A DNA stretch of 64,000 nucleotides, taken from IMG/VR virus record IMGVR_UViG_3300033752_000251; one strand, given 5' to 3'. Within the stretch, counting starts at the first letter, position 1. Every line of letters begins with the position of its first letter. Shown here piece after piece: positions 48,579-58,937 of the stretch. Source of the DNA: an uncultured virus (IMG/VR IMGVR_UViG_3300033752_000251) (Duplodnaviria > Heunggongvirae > Uroviricota > Caudoviricetes). Under the pieces are notes generated by a model that saw nothing but the letters and a program-made list of their open reading frames with translations, was not told the origin of the DNA and did no database searches. The translations under genes were made by a program, and so were the position numbers.

Positions 48579-48881
48579 TTATTTAAGAAAATAGACTTTT
48601 TTCGTAGTAGTAGACCATTCACTACTCGTTTCGTTGATAGATTTACTTATTGGCTCGAACTCGATTTCCTGGACGAAACCACTGTTTACAGTAATTTCAG
48701 ATCCATCAACATATTCGATTTTAACCGGAATTTCTTCGACGATTGCTCGATCCAAAAGATTTTTTTCTTCATCATCAACAAAAGCAAATCTAACCTTGCT
48801 ATTCCCATAATGACCATAATGGATAATAGCCCGCCATGTTTTCTGATACAATGAAAATCTCTCCCCTCTATTACGTATCAA
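48579..48881 (-). CDS. hypothetical early protein
   Basis: early motif at 48886 (-); true start may be TTG at 48851. Confidence 0.6.
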   Translation of the reverse strand: MIRNRGERFSLYQKTWRAIIHYGHYGNSKVRFAFVDDEEKNLLDRAIVEEIPVKIEYVDGSEITVNSGFVQEIEFEPISKSINETSSEWSTTTKKVYFLK

Positions 48882-49038
48882 ATTTATAATATATAAATCG
48901 AGTAAGAAGGTTAACTATTCTAATAAATCAGTAATGTAACTTTAAATTTATAATCTGATCTAGTGTCAAAAATCATCGGGTCTATTATTTATTTTCACGG
49001 AACATAGAAATAATAAAAAAAGGAGGGGTGCCTCTAAA

Positions 49039-49209
49039 ATGGCAGACAAAGGTCAGGAATTTGAAATTGTTACCGAAGTAGGTGTCTTCGGTGATTTGAA
49101 TATCGAAGATCCTACAAGAAAAAAAGTAAATAAAAAGAATGAGGATATTGATGAATTGATCATGGAATCAACTCAAAGCAATCTTAAAAATCTTTCTGGA
49201 CGAAAATAG
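49039..49209 (+). CDS. small protein (56 aa, not in ORF track)
   Basis: MADKGQEFEIVTEVGVFGDL...; AGGAGG SD and AACA-N6-TA at 49001. Confidence 0.6.
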   Translation: MADKGQEFEIVTEVGVFGDLNIEDPTRKKVNKKNEDIDELIMESTQSNLKNLSGRK

Positions 49210-49281
49210 GACGCCTAAGGAGGTACAGTGAGGTATAAACTCACTGTACTTCATTTTTTTATTCTAAAAGGAGTGGGAGAT

Positions 49282-49500
49282 ATGACGTATATAAAGGAGC
49301 GGTTGTTTACAGGCTCCATACTCACTGGTCTGCTGCTTTTTATAAATCATATGATGGATTCGTTTAAAATAAGAACCAATAATCTTGTCGATATTATATT
49401 TCTGGCCTTCACATATCTTATAATTTTCATAACAGTTGGATTTACTGCAGACATCGCTCGTTTTTTATTTAGAAGATGGTTTTTATATAAAAAGAACTAG
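49282..49500 (+). CDS. small membrane protein (2 TM)
   Basis: two hydrophobic segments; start after AAGGAG. Confidence 0.6.
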   Translation: MTYIKERLFTGSILTGLLLFINHMMDSFKIRTNNLVDIIFLAFTYLIIFITVGFTADIARFLFRRWFLYKKN

Positions 49501-49600
49501 TTAATTCTAGCGATCTCTGAAAAAATATAAACCCCAAAACAAATATATATTATCATCAAGTCTAAAATAATAATATTCTATGGTAAGGAGAGATCAACGA

Positions 49601-50722
49601 ATGCAAAAAGTTGGAATTATCGGTGTTGGAAACGCAGGTGGGCAAACTGCGGACCAAGGAAAAAAAGATTTTGGTATTGATGGAGTGGCTCTCAATACCT
49701 CAAATGACGACATTTCAACAATCAAGAACATCGATGTGATCTGCATCGGCGACGAGAAAGGTGCCGGTAAAGATCGGACGATCGCAAAGCAATTTCTTCG
49801 TGACAACATGAAGAAGTTGCTCAGTATGGATGTCATGCTCCGAGTCATTGAGGAGAACAATGTCATCTTCATTCCCGGATCGACCGGTGGCGGAAGTGGG
49901 TCGGCCATTGGACCGGTACTTACTCACATTCTCAGTGGGTATTTTCCGAATAAAAAGTTCATCCCGGTCGGAATTCTCCCACCACTGAAAGAGTCGGTTG
50001 CTGCACAACAAAATACGATCGAATACATGAAAGAAATCAAGCAAATCAATCCGACTTTCATGCTGTATGACAACGAGAAGCGGGCGCATAAGACCCGTAG
50101 CGAAATGTTCCATGAAGTGAACCGGGAAATCGTTGAGGACATTGCAATTATCCGTGGTGATTACCAATATACCACGCCATACACGAGCATCGACGAAAGA
50201 GACTCGTGGAAGATTCTCAATACTCCCGGTCGACTCGTTGTAGCCAAGGTATCTGGGTTCCGCGAAAAGGATATCGATGATAAATCTATCGAAGATCGCC
50301 TCATCGATTCCTTGAAAGTGAGCGCTCATGCCGAACTTGACAGAGATATGATCATTCGCAAGTTTGGATTGATCACCAATCTGAGTGAGAAAATCCACAA
50401 AGCGTTTGATCCGACTATGCCCAAGTTCAAATCGATTCTTGGCGAGCCGGTTGAAGAGTTTGAGCATATTTACATCAATGGCGTTAACGACGACGTGAAT
50501 CGCGTTATCGCCATTATGTCGGGTCTCTCTATTCCAGATGATCGGATTGAGAAGATCGCTCAGCGCATTGCTGAAGTAGAAGCTCAACTCACCCGCACCA
50601 AGGAAACTTCTCTTCTCGATGACGTTAAAACTGATCTCATCAAGAGTCTTCGTCAAACTGAAACCATCTCCAAACGAATCAGCGAAGACAACCTCGATGA
50701 TGAGTTCAGTAAATTTATGTAA
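49601..50722 (+). CDS. tubulin/FtsZ-family GTPase (TubZ/PhuZ-like)
   Basis: IIGVGNAGGQ, GAGKDR, GGGSGS signature, SIDERD T7 loop, coiled-coil tail. Confidence 0.92.
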   Translation: MQKVGIIGVGNAGGQTADQGKKDFGIDGVALNTSNDDISTIKNIDVICIGDEKGAGKDRTIAKQFLRDNMKKLLSMDVMLRVIEENNVIFIPGSTGGGSGSAIGPVLTHILSGYFPNKKFIPVGILPPLKESVAAQQNTIEYMKEIKQINPTFMLYDNEKRAHKTRSEMFHEVNREIVEDIAIIRGDYQYTTPYTSIDERDSWKILNTPGRLVVAKVSGFREKDIDDKSIEDRLIDSLKVSAHAELDRDMIIRKFGLITNLSEKIHKAFDPTMPKFKSILGEPVEEFEHIYINGVNDDVNRVIAIMSGLSIPDDRIEKIAQRIAEVEAQLTRTKETSLLDDVKTDLIKSLRQTETISKRISEDNLDDEFSKFM

Positions 50723-50785
50723 ATTTATAATTGAATAAACAAAATAAGTATAAGCCAAAAAAATTAAATGGGAGGCAAACAAAAG

Positions 50786-51670
50786 ATGGCGATCAAAGAA
50801 TTCCTCAAAACGTGGAAACCGAAGAAGGTCAAAGAATGGGACAAGGAGCAACGCATGGCCGTCCTCAGGGGCTACCTGGACGACATCGTTAGCTTCTACA
50901 TCGAGGAAGGTCATCGGAAGAAGAATGCGGAAGTGATTTCCGAACTCTTCGACCGCATGGCATCTCCGAAGTTTGTCAAGACCCTTCAGAAGCTCCTGAA
51001 GGATAAAGAAAACCCGCCGCGGGTCGACCTTGCTCTTGCGATGGTCATCAATACTCTCGTGGAATGGCGTTATGACAATCTCGACGCAAAAGTTGTCGAT
51101 GCCTACCGCGATATTATCGACAAGCTCCTGAAGAAGCGTGTCAAGAAGGTCGCCGAAAAGACCGGCCTGAGCGAAGATCTCATCAAGGAACTGCTCGTTG
51201 TTGTAACGCATCCGCAAGTCGTTGTGGACGACCGTTATATCGGGGTTCATGTACGCAACGTTCTTCGCAAGCTCTATGCGATTGCGAAGGAAAACGATAT
51301 CGGTCTGGACAGCGCAAAGAGTATCCGGAAGCTGTTTAAGCAGCTCTTCGGTGAAGATGCTCTCAACTACGTTGCAATCGCAATTCTCCTTGAGCGCAAA
51401 GACACGCACCGGAACTTCAATGAGCGTCAGCTCAATGTATGGAATCGGATGACCGAGTTCGCACTTGACACGCTTGAAGAGTGCAAGAAGGGTGAAATCG
51501 AAGATCTTCTGATTGATCGGTATGTCAATATCCGTATCAAGGAAGACAGCAAAGGTAACGATGGGGCCCGTCGCATTCAATTCTCCTCGATCTCGGAAGA
51601 GAACTATCCGAAGATCCGGAAGGTTACGAACAAACTTTCGGAGAAAGAAAAGTACGCCAAGTATCTTTGA
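50786..51670 (+). CDS. helical protein co-transcribed with the tubulin gene
   Basis: about 294 aa with the same codon bias; GGAGG SD; strong terminator 51678-51717. Confidence 0.8.
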   Translation: MAIKEFLKTWKPKKVKEWDKEQRMAVLRGYLDDIVSFYIEEGHRKKNAEVISELFDRMASPKFVKTLQKLLKDKENPPRVDLALAMVINTLVEWRYDNLDAKVVDAYRDIIDKLLKKRVKKVAEKTGLSEDLIKELLVVVTHPQVVVDDRYIGVHVRNVLRKLYAIAKENDIGLDSAKSIRKLFKQLFGEDALNYVAIAILLERKDTHRNFNERQLNVWNRMTEFALDTLEECKKGEIEDLLIDRYVNIRIKEDSKGNDGARRIQFSSISEENYPKIRKVTNKLSEKEKYAKYL

Positions 51671-51750
51671 TTACCAGAAACGCGGAGTGTGTTGATCACA
51701 CTCCGCGTTTATTTTTCTTCTCGAAAAAATAATAAAATAGCATAAGGAGA

Positions 51751-52017
51751 ATGCATATGGAGAAAGAGACCAGAACTTATACTATTACTGGAACCAAAGA
51801 TCAGCTTGATATACTGGAAAGAGTGTTTGGTCGAATCGAACTCCTTGGCGTCGCTGGGTCATCAAGGAACATAAATATATACGTTGACGGCGATGGTTCC
51901 GTTAGAATGAAGTTTCGGAGAGACGACCGAAAGCTTGATGCAAGCGACGTTAAAAAAGAAAATGGTGGTTTTATGATCACCGATCAATATGGGAATGTAA
52001 AAGTTGATCTGGGATAA
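51751..52017 (+). CDS. hypothetical protein
   Basis: AAGGAG SD. Confidence 0.7.
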   Translation: MHMEKETRTYTITGTKDQLDILERVFGRIELLGVAGSSRNINIYVDGDGSVRMKFRRDDRKLDASDVKKENGGFMITDQYGNVKVDLG

Positions 52018-52102
52018 ATTTCCGGATCACTTTTTTTCCAAATATTTCTTTATTAAATTATTAACAATTCATTAGATTCCAATCACAATGGAGGTAGAAC
52101 AA

Positions 52103-53020
52103 ATGTTCAGCATCTACAATGAAACAAAAAATCAGTGGACCATCGAAAAAATCAACGATTCTGGAAATGTTGTCCGTTTCATGAAGCGCAAAGATGCGCC
52201 GGAAAGTCGATTCAACAACAAACGTAAAAAGATCACGCGACAAGTAATTTCGATTCTTGCTTATCACTCGATCTTTGAAGATTATGACCAAGTTGTTGAA
52301 ATCGTTAAAGGTGAAGTGAACAACGACAAGGGTGTGGTTTGTTCCATCCCGACTCGTAACACCAATATCACCTTCAATCGCAAAGCGTTCCGGCCGTTCG
52401 TTAGCGAGAGCGCTGAGAATGTCAAGGACATTCTACTCGCATCGGTTCGTCTGCGTGGCCGGAAGATTGTCTCCATGGACAATCATAACACTTTCCTTCT
52501 GGAAAGTTTTGTCTATAGCGGTGAATTTTCGTTCATCGTTTCGTTCAACAACCCGTCTTCGAAGTTCACCTTTACGCTTCTGGAAGAAGAAACCCGCGAG
52601 CTTACTACATATGAATTCTCCAGCAGCGAAGAAGGAATCGTACTGAACATCACTGGTGGCGAGAAGCTTCCGGATGACGAATCGTATGATTTCATCGCAG
52701 TTAAACGTTTCCGCCCGGCTCGTGTTACTCATCTGGTTCTTACCCTGCCGGGTGATCGTGCTAAGCTCGATGAGCTTATCGATCCGAGTAAGCATACGAT
52801 CGTTGAAGTTACGCCGGAAACGGTCAGAGAAGTTGTTGAAGACGTCAAGTCGCAATTCTTCTCTGCTGTTACGCTCTTCGTGAACTCGTCGTCGTACAAG
52901 TACGATGACGCTATCGAAGCATTTGAAGACGTTTACGGTCAAGAAGTCAATTTCCTGCACGAATTCAAACTCGTTTACGGACTCTTCTCTGATCGTCGAA
53001 TCCTCAAAGTTAAGTACTAA
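52103..53020 (+). CDS. hypothetical protein with high-expression codon bias
   Basis: GGAGGT SD, AACA-N6-TA at 52063, terminator follows. Confidence 0.75.
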   Translation: MFSIYNETKNQWTIEKINDSGNVVRFMKRKDAPESRFNNKRKKITRQVISILAYHSIFEDYDQVVEIVKGEVNNDKGVVCSIPTRNTNITFNRKAFRPFVSESAENVKDILLASVRLRGRKIVSMDNHNTFLLESFVYSGEFSFIVSFNNPSSKFTFTLLEEETRELTTYEFSSSEEGIVLNITGGEKLPDDESYDFIAVKRFRPARVTHLVLTLPGDRAKLDELIDPSKHTIVEVTPETVREVVEDVKSQFFSAVTLFVNSSSYKYDDAIEAFEDVYGQEVNFLHEFKLVYGLFSDRRILKVKY

Positions 53021-53129
53021 TAACGTAATGGTAAGACCAGATGCTCTTCTGCATCTGGTCTTACCTATTTTTTTTCTTTTTATTATATGAGGAACTTTAT
53101 ATTAAACTATATAACGAATAGGAGGAAGT

Positions 53130-53336
53130 ATGGTATGTATGGTCACCGAAGAATTGATTTGTCCTACTTGTGGTATCGCAAAATGAGATAAAGCGACCCC
53201 CATTCATGAATCTACTTTTAAAGTTATCAAATGTGATGATTGTGGTCAAATTTTGTTGAAATATAAAAAGAAGTTTAAGCCTGTTCGTCTTGTTAAAATT
53301 CCTAAAATTGTAGGAAGGATGTTTAAATATGTCTAA
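53130..53336 (+). pseudogene. Zn-ribbon gene with in-frame TGA at 53184
   Basis: MVCMVTEELICPTCGIAK*DKATPIHESTFKVIKCDDCGQILLKY... continues in frame and overlaps the recA-like start. Confidence 0.65.
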
Positions 53337-54600
53337 TAGACTTTTGGCCCGTCTCAGGGAAAATGACAAACGTGGTCTCTTCAGAAAAACACAAACTTCT
53401 ATTAGTTATAGAACAGGATTCTCAACCTTTGATTATCGTAATGGATATATGATCCAGGTAAAAGACAACAACGACAGCCTGGTAGAAGAATATCCTTCTG
53501 TTGGTATTCTTGGAGGTTCCTTTGTAACCATTATTGGAAAACCCGGTACAGCTAAATCCACATTTGCTATTCAGGCGGCAGCTAATATTGTGCGTCCTTT
53601 TCCGAATGGTTTCGTCCAGCATTATGATCTCGAACGAGCTACTACATATACTCGTGTTAGGAACGTTACCGGTTTTTCGACTGTTGAACTCGAAGAAAAA
53701 TACGTTCTTAAACAAGAGGAAAGCTATATTGAGGATATCCTCGATGCTATTCTTGCTATCTGCAAAGTTAAAGAAGAAGAACGTGAAAATATGATGTATG
53801 ACACAAAATTAAAAGATGAATTCGGTAATCCCATCATGGCTTTTGTGCCTACGGTTGTCATTATTGACTCCATTCCTGTCATGGCATCCAAGGAAGAAGA
53901 AATGGAAGGTATGGCGGGTATGACGTATGCCAACCGTGTAGCAAGAGCACTTTCACAATTTTACAACCGACTAATCCCTGTCATTAAGAGCTATAATATC
54001 ATCGTCATTGCAATTAACCATCTCAAAACTAAAATCAATATCAATCCGATGCAACGTACACAACCCCAGCTCAATTATCTTGGTATGGATGAATCTATTC
54101 CAGGTGGTTTCGCTCCACTTTATTATGCTAACACTCTCGTGAAATTCACATCTAAAGTTGGGGATAAACGTACGATGGATAAAGATGGTTTTAACGGTTT
54201 TGATGTTAGAGTAGACTTTCTCAAATCCAGAACCAATATGGCTGGGCAATATTGTGATTTGGTTTACAATCAAATGTGTGGTTTTGACCATATTTATTCG
54301 CAATATGCATTTGCTCAAGCCAATGAACTTATCGGCGGCAAGAATCCTAAAAAGTATGTCATTGGCTATGAAGACATTAAATTTGACGACAGAAAACTTC
54401 GTGAGAGTTTTATGGCTGACGAAAAACTCAGATTCGCACTATACAATTCAACTATCCCGTTACTTGAAAAGCAACTCTCTAGAGTCGATCCCGATGAAAC
54501 CTCTAAGGTTGTCGACCTTACGGAAACTCTTATCCGCTTGAGTAAATCTCAAGAGGGTGAAGCATACGATGAAGTTAGTGAATTAGGAGCGGTGGTGTAA
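53329..54600 (+). CDS. RecA/UvsX-like recombinase
   Basis: GKPGTAKS, DLE, VVIIDSIP, IAINHL, PGG motifs. Confidence 0.9.
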   Translation: MSNRLLARLRENDKRGLFRKTQTSISYRTGFSTFDYRNGYMIQVKDNNDSLVEEYPSVGILGGSFVTIIGKPGTAKSTFAIQAAANIVRPFPNGFVQHYDLERATTYTRVRNVTGFSTVELEEKYVLKQEESYIEDILDAILAICKVKEEERENMMYDTKLKDEFGNPIMAFVPTVVIIDSIPVMASKEEEMEGMAGMTYANRVARALSQFYNRLIPVIKSYNIIVIAINHLKTKININPMQRTQPQLNYLGMDESIPGGFAPLYYANTLVKFTSKVGDKRTMDKDGFNGFDVRVDFLKSRTNMAGQYCDLVYNQMCGFDHIYSQYAFAQANELIGGKNPKKYVIGYEDIKFDDRKLRESFMADEKLRFALYNSTIPLLEKQLSRVDPDETSKVVDLTETLIRLSKSQEGEAYDEVSELGAVV

Positions 54601-54656
54601 ACCATCGCTTCTTTATTTTATATATTATAAATAGGTATAGAAAGAAAAAAGAAGGG

Positions 54657-56933
54657 ATGGTTGGAATGGCTCAAGGTAGAAGAGAGGCACCCTCAGAAAC
54701 TTTAAGTCTTAGAGAGGCATTGGCTGAGAAAGAAAAAGAATTCAGTTTTAAAGACGATATATTCGGAGCAACATTGCTTACCAATCCTGGATATATCAGT
54801 TCGGCCAGAAATATTATGTTTACAAGCCATCTTCGTCAGGCTGTGAATCTCGTTAATCCGGATTTCCCGTTTGTGTTCACCAACTATGAAAATATTGTTG
54901 GTAAGAATTCTACTGGCTATTATAAAGCCAAATCCGATTTGGAAATCATCGATAAGGTTTCCAAGTATGAAGATGGTGTCAATGATGATCATATTTACTT
55001 CTTGTTTGTCTATGACAAAGAGAAGGATATGTACGACATCATTGAAAAACGTGTTGTTGAAGATTTGACCGAGAAATTCGGCTATTCATATAACACCGAT
55101 GTTATCGATTCGAAAAAAGTTGGCGACGTTGTCAAAAAGGGAGAAGTTCTCTATAAGACAACGTCGTATGATGACAATATGAACTATTGTTATGGTAAGA
55201 ACGTAAAATTCGTTTATCTGTTGGACAACTATACCATTGAAGATGCTGTTAAGGTATCTCAATCTCTGGCGAATGAAATGTTGTCCAAAGAGATTGAAAC
55301 CGTAAAGGTTTCGGTAAACGATAATGACATACTTCCGAACATTTATGGCGACTCCGAAACATATAAGTGCTTTCCGGATATCAATGAGTTTGTCGTCGAT
55401 AGGATCGTTTGTGCAAAAAGAAGAATTCACAATTCTCAATTGCTTTACGATTTGAAAAAATCCAATCTCAGAAAGATCAATTATTCTTCCGATACTCTTT
55501 ATTTCTGCGAGGGGCGAGTAGTAGATATAAATATCTATTGCAATAAACCTCTCGATAAGATTGAGAGAAATAGCTTCAATTCTCAATTTATCAAATACTT
55601 GGAGCTTCAGGAGAACTTCTATCGAAAGATCTATCTCCGTTGTAAGAAAATCATTGAATCAGGTTCTAACTATTCATCAGACATTAACTATTATTACAAA
55701 CGAGCAAAGAACTATCTTGACGAAAATTATAAGTGGAGAGAAGAAGATAATTCCGTATTCAGTAACATGATCATTGAATTCACGATTGAGAGAAATATCT
55801 CTCTCAGTGCTGGTCAAAAAATTACTGGACGACATGGTAATAAAGGTGTTGTATCGGTAATTGTACCAGATGAAGAAATGCCATTCCTCGAAACTGGAGA
55901 ACGGATCGATGTCATTTTCAATAGCCTTGGGGTTATTAACCGGTTGAATTCCATGCAGCTTTATGAACAGTCGATAACGTTTATTTGTAACCGGGTTCGG
56001 GAAAAACTGGCTACATTGAGTTCTTTGGATGAAAAAGAAGATCTTCTCGTGAGAATTGTCCAGCATTTCAATGAACGGCAAGCTGAGAAACTTTCCAAAT
56101 ATATTAAATCTCTCAACAAAAAGTCCAGGGAAACGTTCTTTGATAATATTATCAAAGAGGGAATTTATATCCATGTCCCTCCATTATGGGAAACTGAGCC
56201 GTTGTTTGATAGACTTAGGAAGATTTATAAAGAGTTCGATTGGATAAAACCCTATAACGTGTATGTCAATAAATTTGGTCGAACCATAAAAATTCTTAAG
56301 CCACTGATTGTAGGCGACATGTATATTCTCAAACTGAAACAAACTTCGAAAAAGGGCCTTAGTGTACGGTCTACTGGAGGTTTATCAAGAAAAGGTCTTC
56401 CTGAGAAAACGAATAAAGCTAAAACTCACCAAGAGCTTTATAGTAAAACACCTATCAGAATTGGCGACCAAGAAAATATAAACAGTGCCATCGGTGTAGA
56501 TACAAATATTATTGCAAAACTTCATCTCTTCTACAGATCATCTGTACTTGGTCGTAGGGATCTTGGTGAAGAACTTATGACCAATCTCAAAGAGATGAAG
56601 AAATTCAACGATCGAAATGATTTCATAAACAGGAACGTTGAGATCTTGAACGCATATCTTCTCTTTTTAGGATTGAAAATTGAATTCGAAGAAGATAAGT
56701 ATGTTGTCAAGATCGATACTGACCTGATCAAGGATTACGAATACGATGGTAGACTGTTCATTTGCACAGAAAGAGAATTCAATGACATTAAGCTAGAAAT
56801 TGATGTCCGAAAGAAATTTCAAGGCGACATCATTCTCGTCGGTACACCTGAAGAAGTTGAAGAAAAGATTCAGCGGGAAATCGAGCTGGCAAAGAGACGT
56901 GAAAAAATGTTGGTAGTTGAAATTGATGTTTAA
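54657..56933 (+). CDS. RNA polymerase beta subunit, C-terminal half (probably non-virion RNAP)
   Basis: SHLRQAV, YTIEDAV, GQKITGRHGNKGVVS, MPF..GE.IDVIFN.LGVINRLN, VGDMYILKL. Confidence 0.93.
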   Translation: MVGMAQGRREAPSETLSLREALAEKEKEFSFKDDIFGATLLTNPGYISSARNIMFTSHLRQAVNLVNPDFPFVFTNYENIVGKNSTGYYKAKSDLEIIDKVSKYEDGVNDDHIYFLFVYDKEKDMYDIIEKRVVEDLTEKFGYSYNTDVIDSKKVGDVVKKGEVLYKTTSYDDNMNYCYGKNVKFVYLLDNYTIEDAVKVSQSLANEMLSKEIETVKVSVNDNDILPNIYGDSETYKCFPDINEFVVDRIVCAKRRIHNSQLLYDLKKSNLRKINYSSDTLYFCEGRVVDINIYCNKPLDKIERNSFNSQFIKYLELQENFYRKIYLRCKKIIESGSNYSSDINYYYKRAKNYLDENYKWREEDNSVFSNMIIEFTIERNISLSAGQKITGRHGNKGVVSVIVPDEEMPFLETGERIDVIFNSLGVINRLNSMQLYEQSITFICNRVREKLATLSSLDEKEDLLVRIVQHFNERQAEKLSKYIKSLNKKSRETFFDNIIKEGIYIHVPPLWETEPLFDRLRKIYKEFDWIKPYNVYVNKFGRTIKILKPLIVGDMYILKLKQTSKKGLSVRSTGGLSRKGLPEKTNKAKTHQELYSKTPIRIGDQENINSAIGVDTNIIAKLHLFYRSSVLGRRDLGEELMTNLKEMKKFNDRNDFINRNVEILNAYLLFLGLKIEFEEDKYVVKIDTDLIKDYEYDGRLFICTEREFNDIKLEIDVRKKFQGDIILVGTPEEVEEKIQREIELAKRREKMLVVEIDV

Positions 56934-57040
56934 AGAGGGTATAAAATACCCTCTTTTATTTTTTTTGTCTATTGACTAATTTTTAGTAACATAGAGAACA
57001 TTTTTTTAATTAGAAATACCTTCAATAAGGAGTGTACGGA

Positions 57041-57991
57041 ATGAAAATTTTATTCCTTAACTCTGCGCCAATTATCAAATATGGTTTGAAGATTGGCTTT
57101 GAGAAAAACGGTTGGGAAACTGAAATGTTATTATTCCCTGAAGAAGCTACTATCGAAGGATTTAAGAAAAAATTGGATGAATTTAAACCTGATTACGTTC
57201 TCATGGAGGGCGGAATCAACGCCGATAGATGGGTATTTCCTGTAGTTGAAGAGTTTGGTTTGAAAATGATTTATTGGGGTATTGAAGATCCTGTATGGAT
57301 CGATACTCTTTCTCAAGACTGGGGTAAGAGATCTGTACTTGTTGCAACTCCTTGTATTGAGGCAATCCCAAAATATGAGCAAAATGGGATTAAAGCAATT
57401 TGTGTACCTTTTGCTATTGATCCCAGTGTTCATAACAACAAGGGTAGCAATCCTAAGTATAAAGATCTCGACGCTATTTTCATTGGCAATAACTATAATT
57501 ATTACGATACGAGATATGAAGCTTATCAAATTATTATTCAACCGTTTATTAATCTTGGACGAAACATTGAGATTTACGGAGGGCCTGAATGGGTCAATCC
57601 TCAATTTAGGTATCATGTACCTAATGAGGTTTATAAAGGATACATGCCTATGGAAGAAACCCTCCACGCATACTCGAATGTCAAGTTTGTTCTCGGAGTG
57701 CATTCCGTAGTAGATTCTACGACTATGCAATCAATGAGAACATTTGAAGTTCTGGGATGCGGTGGATTTTTCCTTACATCCAGAACTAAAGCCATAGAAT
57801 CCATGTTTGTCAACCATAAGCATCTTGTTGCTTCGTCTAGTGTGGAAGAAACATATGAACTCATTAATTACTATCTCTACAATGAAGATAAGCGGAAAAA
57901 GATTGCTTTGGAAGGACAAAAATTGGTTTATGAAAAACATACATATGAACAAAGAGCTAGAGATATTATCAGAGCATTGAATGAAATTTAA
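57041..57991 (+). CDS. CgeB-like glycosyltransferase (GT-B)
   Basis: YWGIEDP, PFAIDP, FIGN, SMRTFEVLGCGG, HTYEQRA. Confidence 0.82.
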   Translation: MKILFLNSAPIIKYGLKIGFEKNGWETEMLLFPEEATIEGFKKKLDEFKPDYVLMEGGINADRWVFPVVEEFGLKMIYWGIEDPVWIDTLSQDWGKRSVLVATPCIEAIPKYEQNGIKAICVPFAIDPSVHNNKGSNPKYKDLDAIFIGNNYNYYDTRYEAYQIIIQPFINLGRNIEIYGGPEWVNPQFRYHVPNEVYKGYMPMEETLHAYSNVKFVLGVHSVVDSTTMQSMRTFEVLGCGGFFLTSRTKAIESMFVNHKHLVASSSVEETYELINYYLYNEDKRKKIALEGQKLVYEKHTYEQRARDIIRALNEI

Positions 57992-58142
57992 ACGATAAAT
58001 ACCTAGTGTTTAACACTAGGTATTTATCGTTTTTTTAATGCGTTTATCTATATATTATAAAAGTGAGTGGGATAGGAAGCAGGAATAAGACCCACTCAGT
58101 TTTTGTTTATATATTATTCCTGTGTCGTAGGAGGAATAAGTC

Positions 58143-58937
58143 GTGAAGAATACTTTTGTCATAGCTTTTTCTACGCGCAAAGGTGGAGTACTTAAAACGT
58201 CGTTGACGGTAAATGTTGCAGGAGTTCTTTCCCGAAAATATAAAGTCCTCATCGTTGATACTGATGCGCAAGGTGATTGCTTACTCTCGTTCGGAAAAAA
58301 TCCTGACAATGTTAAAAACACGTTGTTTGAAGTTTTGACTGGGAAAATACCCGCAGAGAAAGCCGTAATTAAACTGACGAAAAACATTGACATTATTCCG
58401 GCAAATGATCGTTTGGAAAGTTTGGACTTCAAGGTTATAGGGAATTTCGTAGAATTCCCCAAACCGTTTGATCTAATGCGTGAGTCATTATCCAGTATTG
58501 CCAAGAACTATGATTTCGTTCTTGTGGATTCCCCAGCACATTTCGGATTGATGCAGGGAAACATTATCAAATTTGTCGACAAGTTGTTCATACCATTTCA
58601 ACCAGAGACGTATTCTATGCGTTCGCTGGTTAAGATTTTGTCTGCTATTTCGGAATTCAAGCAGGACCATGGTGCCAAAGCGGAAGTTGGTGGAGTTATT
58701 GCTACCATAGTTGACACCAAGACTGTTCTTCACAGTGATATTCTTGCAAAATGTAGACAGTTCTGCCAAGGAGCCGGAATAACTCTGTTTGAAACGGTTA
58801 TCCCTAAATCTATACGGTTCGCTTCATCTGTAGCGTATGGTGGATTACCCTCTACGTTACATGATCCGGACCATCCAACTTCAAGAAAATACTTTGATTT
58901 ATATCAAGAAATTTGGGAGGTTTTAAAATATGGCTAA
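58143..58937 (+). CDS. parA: ParA/Soj-family ATPase
   Basis: deviant Walker A KGGVLKTS, VDTDAQG, YDFVLVDSP, TVIPKSIRF. Confidence 0.9.
   Translation: MKNTFVIAFSTRKGGVLKTSLTVNVAGVLSRKYKVLIVDTDAQGDCLLSFGKNPDNVKNTLFEVLTGKIPAEKAVIKLTKNIDIIPANDRLESLDFKVIGNFVEFPKPFDLMRESLSSIAKNYDFVLVDSPAHFGLMQGNIIKFVDKLFIPFQPETYSMRSLVKILSAISEFKQDHGAKAEVGGVIATIVDTKTVLHSDILAKCRQFCQGAGITLFETVIPKSIRFASSVAYGGLPSTLHDPDHPTSRKYFDLYQEIWEVLKYG

Noticed and set aside
49715..51580. 621-aa antisense ORF across the tubulin operon
   Set aside because: Shadow ORF: both sense genes share a frame and a codon bias that avoids antisense stops; no recognisable motifs
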